A stretch of DNA of 64,000 nt, from the NCBI GenBank assembly GCA_036399835.1, contig DASWMI010000168.1, positions 15,008 to 79,007 of the forward strand, written 5' to 3'. This stretch comes from Pyrinomonadaceae bacterium. GTDB lineage: Bacteria; Acidobacteriota; Blastocatellia; Pyrinomonadales; Pyrinomonadaceae. The position numbers and the translations under genes are program-made. Of this stretch, positions 27,445 through 36,753 are shown one piece after another; position 1 is the first letter of the stretch; each line of letters begins with the position of its first letter. A model generated the notes under the pieces. That model did not search any database and was not told the DNA's origin. It saw only the letters and a list, made by a program, of their open reading frames with translations.

Positions 27445-30400
27445 TTATTTTTGTCTGAGCAGATCGCGGAAGCCCCGCGGCGTCACATAACGCGTGTGAT
27501 AGTTTTGCCAGTCCTGCGAAAAACGGCGATAGACCGGGTCATCCTCAAGGCGTTCCGTCGAGGTAGTGTATTCTTGACGGTCATGTGAGGGCAAGGGGAG
27601 CACCGTCTTGGAAAAGCCCGAGTTGAAATCGCCGTCTTTAATCCAGCCATCGCCGACAATGACATAGTCGCGTTGCCAACCTGCGGCGGGCGCGGGCAGC
27701 GCCTTGAAGAGCAGGGCTATCTCGTCGCCCGCGTTGACCAGCACGATGCGGTCGTCAACCTGCGCGAGCAGCTCGCGCACGTCGCCGAAGCGTGTGTAGT
27801 AGCCGATGAGGTCGCGCCAGCGTTGCGTCGTGCCGGAGAGACGATTGTAGTCCGGCAATTCGGGCGAAGATTCGTTGGCCTGGTTGATAAAGGAGAAGCC
27901 CCTGTAGCGCAGGTCCGCGACCTCCGGTTTGAGTCGCACTGTTTTGATTTGCGCATCCTGCAAGCCAGCGGCCCATTCGAGCCGGTCCCAGTAGATTTCC
28001 AGATTGGTCCGAATCCTCAAGCGTCGCGGCGCGCCCCGAAGAAAGATATTTTCAAGCTCGAAGAGGACGGTCTTCTTGCGCCCGGCGGGGATTCCCAGGT
28101 GTGGTCTGGCAACCACCCAACCGCCCTTCTCGTCCGCGACTTCAAGGCTCAAATCGCGCGCGCGCTCGTGATGGCCCTGCCCTATGGCTTCGTTGATGGA
28201 TGAATCGGTCGGATGCATCCAGCCGTCCGCGATGAGCCAGAGCGGTCCCGCGCGCGGAGCATCTTCCGGCAGCTCTACTTCCACATAATGGTCTCGCGTC
28301 AGACCCTGATACTGCCCGCGCCCGAAGGTGTCAAGATAGTTTTCATCCAACTTGCTGACGACGCCCGTCACGTCCTCTCCGCGATCATCCACGGCGCGCG
28401 CAATCGGTTTCGGAGTCTGGACCAGATGAAGAGCGGGCTTGACGGGCGGGACGGCGAAGCGCTCGTCCACGAAAACGTCCGTGCCCTCCGGGTGGTCCAC
28501 AACCATCAAAGAGAGATGGTCGTAATAGTAAGTCTCCCATAGCTCAGCCGTCATGCGCAGGTCATAAAAGCCTTCGCGCGGCGCGAGCTGGTCGCCGCGA
28601 ATCTTAAACCATTCTTCCGTCTGCCCGATGCGCGCGGTGCCCAGCGTGTCAATCCGCAGACCGATGGCCGAACCCCACGGCACGCTGTCTTTGACAAAGC
28701 TCATCTCCCTGCCGTTGAAAGCAAACAGAAAAGGGCAAGAGCCTTTCAGCCGCTGCTCCGCGACAACCGCCTGGTCCGCCTTTAGCTCAAACTCGGCGCG
28801 CACAGACCCGTTGGGCCAGACGATGCGGACGACATCCGCGCCTCCTTGCTCACCCAGACCGAAATGTATGACCGGACTCGTGACAGGCTGTTTCTGGACC
28901 AGCAGCCCTGAGCGAATCTCCATCTCGCCGCCGATGCCGAAAGAATTAATACGCTGGTCTCCGACGGCCTGCTTTGCTCTGGGCCGTATCACCTGCCAGT
29001 GATAATTCTTCGCGCCGCGGCTCGATAAACGCACGGGCTGCCCGTCTGTCGAGAGACCTATCAGATCGAGTCGTCCGTCCGAATCAACATCGACAACTGA
29101 AAGGACGCGCGTTGAGTTAACAGCCTGGCCGAGCGGTTTCAGCTTGCCGCCTTCATCGCAGAGCCAGACAAACGCCGCGCTGCCAACGACCGTGCGCGGC
29201 CCGTTCACCGTGTTGGACTCTACGGTCTGAAGACCGGGCACGGACATTGATAACAACAGGTCCAGCCCGCCGTTGTTATCAAGATCGGCCACGAAAAGCT
29301 GCAAGACTCCCTCAAGATGATTTGGCGCTGCGGGAAGACGCGCCACCTCGGACACGTCCCAAGCACGGCCTTCATCTTTATCCGACAGGCCAACGATGAC
29401 GCCGTCTGCCTGTACCGCCAGCAGGTCCAGAACTCCGTCGCTGTTGACATCAATACTATTGACCGCGCGCAGGGGAGGGAGTTGAGCGGGCATGGCCCTT
29501 TCGCGGAATTGTCCGGCTCGTTCGTTGTCGAAGACTTGAAGTTTCCCGGAGGCATCAATCATCGCGGCGTCCGGGTCGCCGTCTCCATCCAGATCGGACC
29601 AGACAAAGTCGTGCATCCCTGAAACTTTCTCGAAGGGATGAGCCTCTTTAAAAGTGCCGTCACCGTTGTTTCTGAGGACCAGCGTCGGTCCATCCTTGTC
29701 TCCGAGAACGATGTCCAGATCGCCGTCCGCTTCGATGTCCGCGGCCCAAGCGCCCGTATAGAGTCCGTTCGTGACGGAGGGAGCGAGCGCGGTCTGAGCC
29801 GTGACCTCTGTAAATTTGCTCGGCTCATCTTGACGAAACAAACGCACGCCGCCCGCGCCCGCCAGCACGAGGTCCGTTTTGAAATCATAGTTGAAATCGA
29901 GCGCGAGAATGCCATCAGCTTGCGGAGGGATGAGGTCCGCAGGGCTGCCCGGAGTTAAATCGCCCGGAAAGGGAAGCGTCGCGCCTGTAGCGAGCCGCAC
30001 GTTTCGACCATCTGCGACGGCGATGGACGGCGTGCCTTCGCCGTTTAGATAAAATGCGCTGGTCCAGCTCCAATGAGCGCTTCCGAAATTCGTCACAGGC
30101 TCTGAGTTAAAAGTTAAGCTTTGGTCAGGGGGCGCGGGCGTGAAGGTGGGCTGTTCAAGGAGCAGGAAGCGCGCGAAAGGCTCTGCCTCTTCGCCGGGCG
30201 AGGGTTTGAGTTCGGCAAGGCTCTGGCGATATTCGGGGACGCGCACGAGGACGTTGCGCAGGAAAGCTATACGCGTGGCGGCGGCGCGCGGGTCTGGTCC
30301 GTCGGCGGCCTGCTGGACGGCTGCGAGTTGCTGTTTGACTTCCGCGGGCCAGTCGGACGAGCGCGCGTTGATGCGTGCGACGGTCGCCCTGAGCGTGACG

Positions 30401-31098
30401 GCGTCGCCGCGCTTGGCCGCGATGCGCGAGAGTTCCAGGAGACCGGCGAGATTGTCTGGCCGGGCTTCGAGAATTTTCTGGACCAGGTTCTGGACCTCAG
30501 TTGCGCTCGCCTCGCCACCCTGCCGCTCAAGCTCTTCGGCCAGCATGTAGGCGGCCTTTAAGTTCTGAGGGTCAAGCTCGACGGCCTTGCGCAGGTTCGC
30601 CATCGCTTGATCGAACTGGCCGCGACTGCTCTCGACCAGAGCCATCAACATGTAAAGACGACTGTTGGAGGGAGCGAGCGAGCGTGCGTGCTCGAATCTT
30701 TCGGCGGCTGCATCGAAGTTTCTCTGGCGGAGTGCGAGGATGGCGTAGTTGGCCCAGCCCGCAGGCTCGCCCGGCACTGTTTGCGTCAGCCGCGAGAGGT
30801 TCTCTTCGGCGCGCACGTCGTCGCCGACCTGCAAGCCGGCGAGTCCGACATAAAAGTTCTTCACGGCAGCGCGGTATTCGGCGGAAGATTTGTCCGGCAG
30901 CTTTGCGCCCGAACGGCATCCCATGCAGGCGAGGATAAAGAGGAGGCTCAAAAGAGAGAGAAGGATTGAGGCGCGTGTGTTTAGTAAGCTGATACGCATG
31001 AGTCGAAAAGGTTTGCGCCAGGCATCAAAGCGTTGATGGTTTGATAAAAGAGTGCGCGACCTCGCTTCGTTAGACATCAAAAGCCGATGTGATAACAT
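27445..31098 (-). CDS. giant TPR / FG-GAP-VCBS / ASPIC-UnbV fusion protein with large C-terminal domain
   Basis: N-terminal TPRs, central FG-GAP repeats, an UnbV-like segment, then about 400 aa starting SCPFLFAFNG. The likely lipoprotein start is the internal M at 30999 (MRISLL...ACMGC). Confidence 0.9.
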   Translation of the reverse strand: MLSHRLLMSNEARSRTLLSNHQRFDAWRKPFRLMRISLLNTRASILLSLLSLLFILACMGCRSGAKLPDKSSAEYRAAVKNFYVGLAGLQVGDDVRAEENLSRLTQTVPGEPAGWANYAILALRQRNFDAAAERFEHARSLAPSNSRLYMLMALVESSRGQFDQAMANLRKAVELDPQNLKAAYMLAEELERQGGEASATEVQNLVQKILEARPDNLAGLLELSRIAAKRGDAVTLRATVARINARSSDWPAEVKQQLAAVQQAADGPDPRAAATRIAFLRNVLVRVPEYRQSLAELKPSPGEEAEPFARFLLLEQPTFTPAPPDQSLTFNSEPVTNFGSAHWSWTSAFYLNGEGTPSIAVADGRNVRLATGATLPFPGDLTPGSPADLIPPQADGILALDFNYDFKTDLVLAGAGGVRLFRQDEPSKFTEVTAQTALAPSVTNGLYTGAWAADIEADGDLDIVLGDKDGPTLVLRNNGDGTFKEAHPFEKVSGMHDFVWSDLDGDGDPDAAMIDASGKLQVFDNERAGQFRERAMPAQLPPLRAVNSIDVNSDGVLDLLAVQADGVIVGLSDKDEGRAWDVSEVARLPAAPNHLEGVLQLFVADLDNNGGLDLLLSMSVPGLQTVESNTVNGPRTVVGSAAFVWLCDEGGKLKPLGQAVNSTRVLSVVDVDSDGRLDLIGLSTDGQPVRLSSRGAKNYHWQVIRPRAKQAVGDQRINSFGIGGEMEIRSGLLVQKQPVTSPVIHFGLGEQGGADVVRIVWPNGSVRAEFELKADQAVVAEQRLKGSCPFLFAFNGREMSFVKDSVPWGSAIGLRIDTLGTARIGQTEEWFKIRGDQLAPREGFYDLRMTAELWETYYYDHLSLMVVDHPEGTDVFVDERFAVPPVKPALHLVQTPKPIARAVDDRGEDVTGVVSKLDENYLDTFGRGQYQGLTRDHYVEVELPEDAPRAGPLWLIADGWMHPTDSSINEAIGQGHHERARDLSLEVADEKGGWVVARPHLGIPAGRKKTVLFELENIFLRGAPRRLRIRTNLEIYWDRLEWAAGLQDAQIKTVRLKPEVADLRYRGFSFINQANESSPELPDYNRLSGTTQRWRDLIGYYTRFGDVRELLAQVDDRIVLVNAGDEIALLFKALPAPAAGWQRDYVIVGDGWIKDGDFNSGFSKTVLPLPSHDRQEYTTSTERLEDDPVYRRFSQDWQNYHTRYVTPRGFRDLLRQK

Positions 31099-31129
31099 AA
31101 CATAACTCGCGGCGTCGAATGGTCAAGAC

Positions 31130-31960
31130 GTGTCGAGAAATATTCTTGCTCTGATAGTTATCAAGTTGATGAGTTCCCCCGCTCCCGTTAATCAAGAGAA
31201 GCTTGCGGCGCGCGCGCGTCTGCTCCCTTTACTGGTCCTGCTGGCTGCGCTCGTCATCTGGGAGGCGCTTTCCGTGGCGCGCGTCTTTCCGGCTGCGGCC
31301 TTCCCTTCGCCGCTCGATGTCAGCAAGGGTTTTGTCGAAGAGTTGCGCGCCGGTCGGTTCTTGAACGATCTCGTCGCATCGCTTTTTCGCGTCACAACGG
31401 GTTTTGTGCTGGCAGTCTTGCTGGGCCTGCCGCTCGGACTCTGGCTGGGCCACAGGGCGGCTGTGCGACAGGCGCTCTTGCCCGCCGTCAATTTCTTTCG
31501 CAGCCTCTCGCCGCTGGCCTGGATTCCCTTTGCCATACTCTGGTTCGGGATAGGCGATCTGCCAGCCATCTTTTTAATCTTCATGGCCTCTTTCTTTCCG
31601 GTCGTGCTGGCGACGGTGGCTGCGGTCGCCGGTATCCCGACAGTCTACTTCCGCGTCGCGCATGATTACGGCTTTCGCGGCGCGGAACTTTTGCGGCAGG
31701 TCGTGCTGCCAGCCATCGCGCCGCAGGTTATCACGGCGCTGCGCGTGACGGCTGGGCTGGCCTGGGTGGTGGTGGTCGCGGCGGAGATGATCGCGGGCCG
31801 CGACGGGCTGGGCTTCGCCATCTGGGATGCGCGCAACGGGCTGCGGATGGACTTGCTGGTCGTGGGGATGATCGTCATAGGACTAATCGGCGTGACGATA
31901 GACCGGCTGCTGGTGCGTCTGATGAGGATACCGAGCGTCCGTTGGGGTTATGAAAGATAA
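31130..31960 (+). CDS. ABC transporter permease (NitT/TauT family)
   Basis: BPD_transp_1-type permease resembling SsuC/TauC. GTG start at 31130; an alternative ATG is at 31169. Confidence 0.9.
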   Translation: MSRNILALIVIKLMSSPAPVNQEKLAARARLLPLLVLLAALVIWEALSVARVFPAAAFPSPLDVSKGFVEELRAGRFLNDLVASLFRVTTGFVLAVLLGLPLGLWLGHRAAVRQALLPAVNFFRSLSPLAWIPFAILWFGIGDLPAIFLIFMASFFPVVLATVAAVAGIPTVYFRVAHDYGFRGAELLRQVVLPAIAPQVITALRVTAGLAWVVVVAAEMIAGRDGLGFAIWDARNGLRMDLLVVGMIVIGLIGVTIDRLLVRLMRIPSVRWGYER

Positions 31961-31965
31961 GTGTC

Positions 31966-32706
31966 TTGATGAAAGATAAAGTGCTGCGTGTCGAAGGGGT
32001 CGTCTGCTCTTTCGGCGCGGTCAAGGTGTTCGAGGATTTTTCGTTGGAGATAGAGCGCGGCGAGTTCGTCGCGGTCGTTGGACCATCGGGGTGCGGCAAG
32101 ACGACGCTACTCAACCTGCTCTCCGGCTTTATCAAGCCGACGGCGGGCAACATTGCCAGCGTCGGCAGAATGCGCACGGTCTACCAGCAGGACGGACTCT
32201 TCCCCTGGCAGACTGTGGCCCAGAATATCTCGCTCGGGCTGCGTCATCTGAAAGACCAAGCAGAGCGCTCGCGGCAGCTCAAGGAGATGCTCGGCCTCAT
32301 CAGGCTGGAAGCCTTTGCCGCGCACTACCCGCACCAGCTTTCGGGCGGCATGCGCCAGCGCGTAGAGCTGGCACGCGCGCTCGCCGGCGATACGGATATA
32401 CTGCTTCTGGACGAGCCTTTCTCTTCGCTCGATTACCTGACACGACTCAGGCTGAGGCGCGAGTTGGTCCGCATGCTGGATGAGCTGCCGCGCACGGTCG
32501 TTCTCGTGACGCACGATATAGAGGAGGCCGCGCAACTGGCGGACCGCGTGGTGGTCCTCTCGGACCGCCCCTCGCGTATACGTTGCGAGCTGCGACTGGA
32601 TTTGCCCAGACCGCGAGACCTGACGCACCCTGTCGTGGTTGACGCCGTGCATCGTATCCTCGCGGAGCTTGGGCTTGAGAGCGAGACCGAAAGCGTGCTC
32701 GTCTAA
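31966..32706 (+). CDS. ABC transporter ATP-binding protein (NitT/TauT family)
   Basis: Walker A GPSGCGKTT, signature LSGGMRQR and Walker B LLLDEPF. Confidence 0.9.
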   Translation: MMKDKVLRVEGVVCSFGAVKVFEDFSLEIERGEFVAVVGPSGCGKTTLLNLLSGFIKPTAGNIASVGRMRTVYQQDGLFPWQTVAQNISLGLRHLKDQAERSRQLKEMLGLIRLEAFAAHYPHQLSGGMRQRVELARALAGDTDILLLDEPFSSLDYLTRLRLRRELVRMLDELPRTVVLVTHDIEEAAQLADRVVVLSDRPSRIRCELRLDLPRPRDLTHPVVVDAVHRILAELGLESETESVLV

Positions 32707-32740
32707 AAAATAGCGTGCTTCTTAAAAAGGAGAAGGGTAA

Positions 32741-33487
32741 ATGAATCTTAGCTTGAGACAATGGCTGCGTCTTCTCTCGTCTGTCGCACTTTGCTTAACG
32801 ACGCTGGCAGCCGTCGCCTGCGCTCAGCAGACGGCAAACTCAAGAGCCGAGCTGAAGGCTTTGCCACAGACGGGGCAGACGGCGCGCGCAAGGCTCCTCA
32901 GGGACATCCCGAAAAATGTCGAGACACAGGCCAGGTATCTCTTCTATCTTCACGGCTGGATTATAGAGAACCAGGGGGTGCGTCCGACCAGCCCGCAGTA
33001 CGGCGTTTACCAGTATCAGGAGATACTTGAGAGCTTCGCTCGAAAAGGCTTTATCGTCGTCAGCGAAGCGCGCCCAAAGGGAACGGACGTGCAGCAGTAC
33101 GCCGCCAAAGTTGTGGACCAGATACGCGCCTTGCTCAAAGCCGGAGTGCCGCCGCAACATATCACGGTCGCCGGAGCTTCAAAGGGAGGCGTGATTACCG
33201 TCGCCGTCTCGACGCTGCTTAAAAATAGGGATGTCAATTTCGTTATCCTGGCGGCCTGCGGCGAATCGGATGAGTACAGGCGTTTTCATCCGAGTCTCTG
33301 GGGCAATGTCCTTTCCATCTACGATGACAAGGATAATTGGGCCGTCACGTGCCGGAAATTCTTCGAGCAGGCGGGCGGGCTGAACAGGCGTAAAGAGATA
33401 GTGCTAAAGCTCGGCCTGGGTCACGGCATCCTCTATCGGCCCTTGAAGGAATGGGTCGAGCCGACCGCGGATTGGGCCAGTCAGTAA
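32741..33487 (+). CDS. secreted alpha/beta hydrolase (dienelactone-hydrolase-like)
   Basis: Signal peptide, nucleophile elbow GASKGG, and later D (YDDKD) and H (LGHG). Confidence 0.7.
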   Translation: MNLSLRQWLRLLSSVALCLTTLAAVACAQQTANSRAELKALPQTGQTARARLLRDIPKNVETQARYLFYLHGWIIENQGVRPTSPQYGVYQYQEILESFARKGFIVVSEARPKGTDVQQYAAKVVDQIRALLKAGVPPQHITVAGASKGGVITVAVSTLLKNRDVNFVILAACGESDEYRRFHPSLWGNVLSIYDDKDNWAVTCRKFFEQAGGLNRRKEIVLKLGLGHGILYRPLKEWVEPTADWASQ

Positions 33488-33529
33488 GCGAAAGGACGAA
33501 CTCGCGCGTCGCTGCACGATGAGGTAAAA

Positions 33530-33611
33530 GCTATTGACTCGTTTAATCATTGATTCAATCATTGAATCAAACAATGGTCCGATAGCTTCTTCTTTATCCT
33601 TCATCACCTCC
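33530..33611. repeat. dispersed AATCAA/ATAGC hairpin element, copy B
   Basis: Outer GCTAT...ATAGC arms. The inner perfect hairpin is TTGATTCAA (33550-33558) / TTGAATCAA (33562-33570). The tail TTCTTCTTTATCCTTCATCACCTCC resembles copies A and C. Confidence 0.5.
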
Positions 33612-33658
33612 TGCGCCGCCCGAGTTCAATCGTTGGCAATTATCATGGAGGTCTCATC

Positions 33659-34708
33659 ATGTTTCGTTCTTCGGCGACACGCTGGGCGCTCGGCGTACTG
33701 GTCCTTATCGCCGTCCTCGGTCTCTTGCGCTTCAAGCCCTGGCAGCGTCTGGCGAGACGCGGTGCGGCAACCGATGCCGGGCTGGCGCGCCAGCAGTTGA
33801 GTGTGGGCTTTCTGCCCGTCACTTGACACCTGACGTGCCCGGTCACGGATTACGCGTCCAGGACCAGCACGGCGACTCGGTTCGAGTCGCAGCGTTTTAC
33901 AGATTTCCCGACGATTGTCGAATCCATCAAGGGCGGGCGACTTGAAGCGACCTTTATGATCGCGCCATTGGCGATGAAGCTGCGCGAGCAGGGCGTGCCC
34001 GTCAAGATCGTTTACCTGGGCCACCGCGACGGCTCGACCGTTATCGTGCGGCGCGACCTTCCGGCCAAAGATTTACGCGACCTGCGCGGTAAGACCTTCG
34101 CCATCCCAAGCAAGTACAGCAATCAATATCTGGTCGTCCTCAAGCTGATGGAGGACCAGGGCATAGGCCCTGCGGAAATGAATTTTGTCGAGATGCCGCC
34201 GCCGGACATGCCGGGCGCGCTCGCCGCTCACGCGATTGACGCTTATTTCGTTGGCGAGCCTCATGCCGCCAAGGCCGAGCTAGACGGGTCTGGCCGCGTC
34301 CTCTATCACGCCAAAGACATCTGGCCTCACTTTATCTCCTGCGTGCTGGTGGTCCACGAAAGGCTTATCCGCGAGCGGCCCGCAGTCGTGCGCGATCTGG
34401 TGCGCGGCATAGCGGAGAGCGGCGAGTGGGCCGAGACTCATCGGCTGGATGCGGCCAAAGTCGTCTCGCCATATTTTCGGCAGGACGAAAGAGTCGTGCG
34501 CTACGTGCTGACGCAGCCGCCGGACCGCGTCAGCTACCGCATGCTCACACCGACCGACGAGGAGTTGCAGAAGATCGCCGACATGGGCCTCAAGGCTGGC
34601 ATCCTGAATAAGCCTGTCTCAATCCGCGACCTGGTTGACAGGCAATTTATCCCCGCGGACATCAAGCCGGCGGACATCCATGTCGAGACAACGGGAGGCG
34701 CACCCTGA
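33659..34708 (+). pseudogene. NitT/TauT-type (NMT1/SsuA-like) substrate-binding protein interrupted by one in-frame TGA (33824-33826)
   Basis: GGAGG lies 8 nt upstream of ATG 33659. A signal/anchor (WALGVLVLIAVLGLL) and LSVGFLPVT-TGA-HLTCPVTDYA follow. The same frame continues without further stops into the track ORF 33956..34708. Confidence 0.7.
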
Positions 34709-36561
34709 TGCTCGTGCGCGGCGCGGGCTACGCCGTCAGGAAGGAATTCCTGATTGGCGCGTTGCTGTTCGTCCTCTCCTTGATGGTCTTTATCTTCTCG
34801 CCCGTGCGCACGCCCGGCGAGACAAAATACTCCGTGCTGGTCAGCCAGAGCCTGCTCTACCATCGCAGCTTTGCGCTGGACCACTACGAGCTTTCTCTGC
34901 CTCAGCCTCTTGAACGCATAGGGAACAGCTCTAAACTAAAGGGGCCGCCGCTCGAGCTGGTCGGCGGCCACATCTACCACTACTCCGCGCCGGGCAGCCA
35001 TATCCTCTCCACGCCCTTCGTCGCCCTGATGAATCTCTTCGGTCTCTCGGCTGTGGATTCCGCGGGCAGGTACGACCCGCAGGGCGAGATGAAAATCGAA
35101 AAGTTTCTCGCGGCCCTTTTGATGGCCGCACTCTCGGCCATCTTTTTTTTGACGGCTCGGCTCGTGCTCCCGCTCGGATGGAGCCTTGTGCTGGCGCTCG
35201 GCGCGGCGTTTGGGACGCAGGTCTGGTCCGACGCCTCAAGAGTCGTAGAGGCTGACACCTGGGCGATTCTTTTGACCGGAATCGCGGTCTATCTGCTGCT
35301 GGCTTTGGAGACGGGCAAGCGCGAGGGCCATCCTGTCTGGCTGGCGAGCCTGCTCGCCTGGTCCTACTTCTGCCGCCCGACCAGCTCTTTGACGATCATC
35401 GTCATCTCGCTCTACCTGTTTATCTCTCAACGCCGCCTGTTCGCCCTTTACGCGCTCACGGGCCTCGTCTGGCTGGCGCTTTTCATCGCATACTCCTGGT
35501 CCAATTTTGGACAGCTCCTGCCCAGTTATTTCCAAGCGGGCCGTTTGGAATTCAGCCTCTTCGGAACGGCGCTGGCGGGGAACCTCTTTAGCCCCGGGCG
35601 CGGCCTGCTGGTTTACGTTCCCGCGCTGCTCTTTGTCCTTTACGCGCTCGTGCGATACAGGGCACATCTTCCGGCAAGGCGACTTGTGTTGTCCGCGCTC
35701 TTCATCATTCCCGCTTATCTCTTGACCATTTCGGGATTCGCGCACTGGTGGGCGGGTCACAGCTATGGTCCACGTTATTGCACGGGGCTGATTCCCTGGC
35801 TCGCTCTGCTTGCCATCCTGAGCATCAAAGCGATGCTCTCCGCGCACGTAGAGCAGGGCGAGCGCGGGCAGGCTGCATGGGGTTGGAGCTTTCAACTCAT
35901 GGCAGGCTGCTGCCTGCTCGCCTTGAGCATAATGATTCACGCGCGCGGGGCCGTCTCGGACGCGACGCGCGAGTGGAATTTCAAGCCAGCCGATGTGGAC
36001 CAGCATCCTGAGAGGCTCTGGGACTGGCGTTACCCGCAGTTTCTGGCCGGACTCGTGCGCCCACCTCTGCCCGCGGGATTTTACCCGCTCGTGGCGGCAG
36101 ACATGCAGATTGATTTTTTCAAGAGTGAGGCGGACCAGTATCTCTGGTATGGATGGAGCGGGCCTGAACAGGAGTATCGCTGGAGCGAAGAAAGGGAAGC
36201 CGCGTTTGTCTTCCGGCTCGAAGAGATTCAAAGCATTGAGCTGCAAATGGAGCTGATGCCGTTTCTGCACCCGGGCCAACTCGACGCGCAAACCCTGATC
36301 GTAGAGCTAAACGGGCGGCAGTTACAGACCTTCACCTTCCGAGAGATTCGCTGGCTGCAAATCACTCTGCCGCTGCCTCAAGAGAGCCTGCGGAGCAACA
36401 ACACGCTCGTCTTTCGTTTTCCGCAGGCGACCTCCGTCAAAGCTTTCGGAGACGGCAGCGAACAGCGTGCGCTCGGAATCGCCGTCAAATGGCTGAGACT
36501 CAGCAGAAAGGATGAACCCGGCAGCGTGAACACGGAATCAAACGAATCAACGAAGACATAA
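34708..36561 (+). CDS. GT-C-like polytopic membrane protein (ArnT/PMT-like glycosyltransferase fold) with C-terminal extracytoplasmic domain
   Basis: About 11 hydrophobic segments, then a soluble domain of about 200 aa. The ATG overlaps the stop of the upstream gene by 1 nt. The family call is tentative. Confidence 0.7.
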   Translation: MLVRGAGYAVRKEFLIGALLFVLSLMVFIFSPVRTPGETKYSVLVSQSLLYHRSFALDHYELSLPQPLERIGNSSKLKGPPLELVGGHIYHYSAPGSHILSTPFVALMNLFGLSAVDSAGRYDPQGEMKIEKFLAALLMAALSAIFFLTARLVLPLGWSLVLALGAAFGTQVWSDASRVVEADTWAILLTGIAVYLLLALETGKREGHPVWLASLLAWSYFCRPTSSLTIIVISLYLFISQRRLFALYALTGLVWLALFIAYSWSNFGQLLPSYFQAGRLEFSLFGTALAGNLFSPGRGLLVYVPALLFVLYALVRYRAHLPARRLVLSALFIIPAYLLTISGFAHWWAGHSYGPRYCTGLIPWLALLAILSIKAMLSAHVEQGERGQAAWGWSFQLMAGCCLLALSIMIHARGAVSDATREWNFKPADVDQHPERLWDWRYPQFLAGLVRPPLPAGFYPLVAADMQIDFFKSEADQYLWYGWSGPEQEYRWSEEREAAFVFRLEEIQSIELQMELMPFLHPGQLDAQTLIVELNGRQLQTFTFREIRWLQITLPLPQESLRSNNTLVFRFPQATSVKAFGDGSEQRALGIAVKWLRLSRKDEPGSVNTESNESTKT

Positions 36562-36602
36562 ATCAATGAGCCAATAGCTTTCCCTTCATCCTTCATCATT
36601 CC
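36534..36602. repeat. dispersed AATCAA/ATAGC element, copy C (overlaps the 3' end of the preceding CDS)
   Basis: GGAATCAAACGAATCAACG...AATCAATGAGCCAATAGCTTTCCCTTCATCCTTCATCATTCC. It shares AAACGAATCAA with copy A and the ATAGC..TTCATCCTTCATCA tail with copy B. Confidence 0.4.
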
Positions 36603-36636
36603 ACGCTGCCGAGTCCATCGTTTTCTTTGAGCCAGC

Positions 36637-36664
36637 TTGACAATGATTATTTCTACCTTATAGT
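36637..36664 (+). promoter_or_regulatory. near-consensus sigma70-like promoter
   Basis: TTGACA (36637-36642), 16-nt spacer, TATAGT (36659-36664). It lies 90 nt upstream of ATG 36754. Confidence 0.5.
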
Positions 36665-36753
36665 CACAATGAAGTCTCCTCGAACGGTTTCTATAAATAG
36701 ATTTGCGTAAGTCTCTAATCAAAGCAGCGCCGCGCTCAATATCCCTTTTAGAT

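Noticed and set aside
31092-31106. ATAAC pentamer repeated three times between the divergent giant gene and the ABC permease
   Set aside because: It is very short, and it may lie inside the 5' end of the longest ORF. This is insufficient to call a regulatory site.
33827-33862. Possible SECIS hairpin after the in-frame TGA
   Set aside because: I could draw only 4-bp stems (CGUG/CACG or UGAC/GUCA). This is too weak to call a SECIS, so it is kept only as a caveat in the TGA finding.
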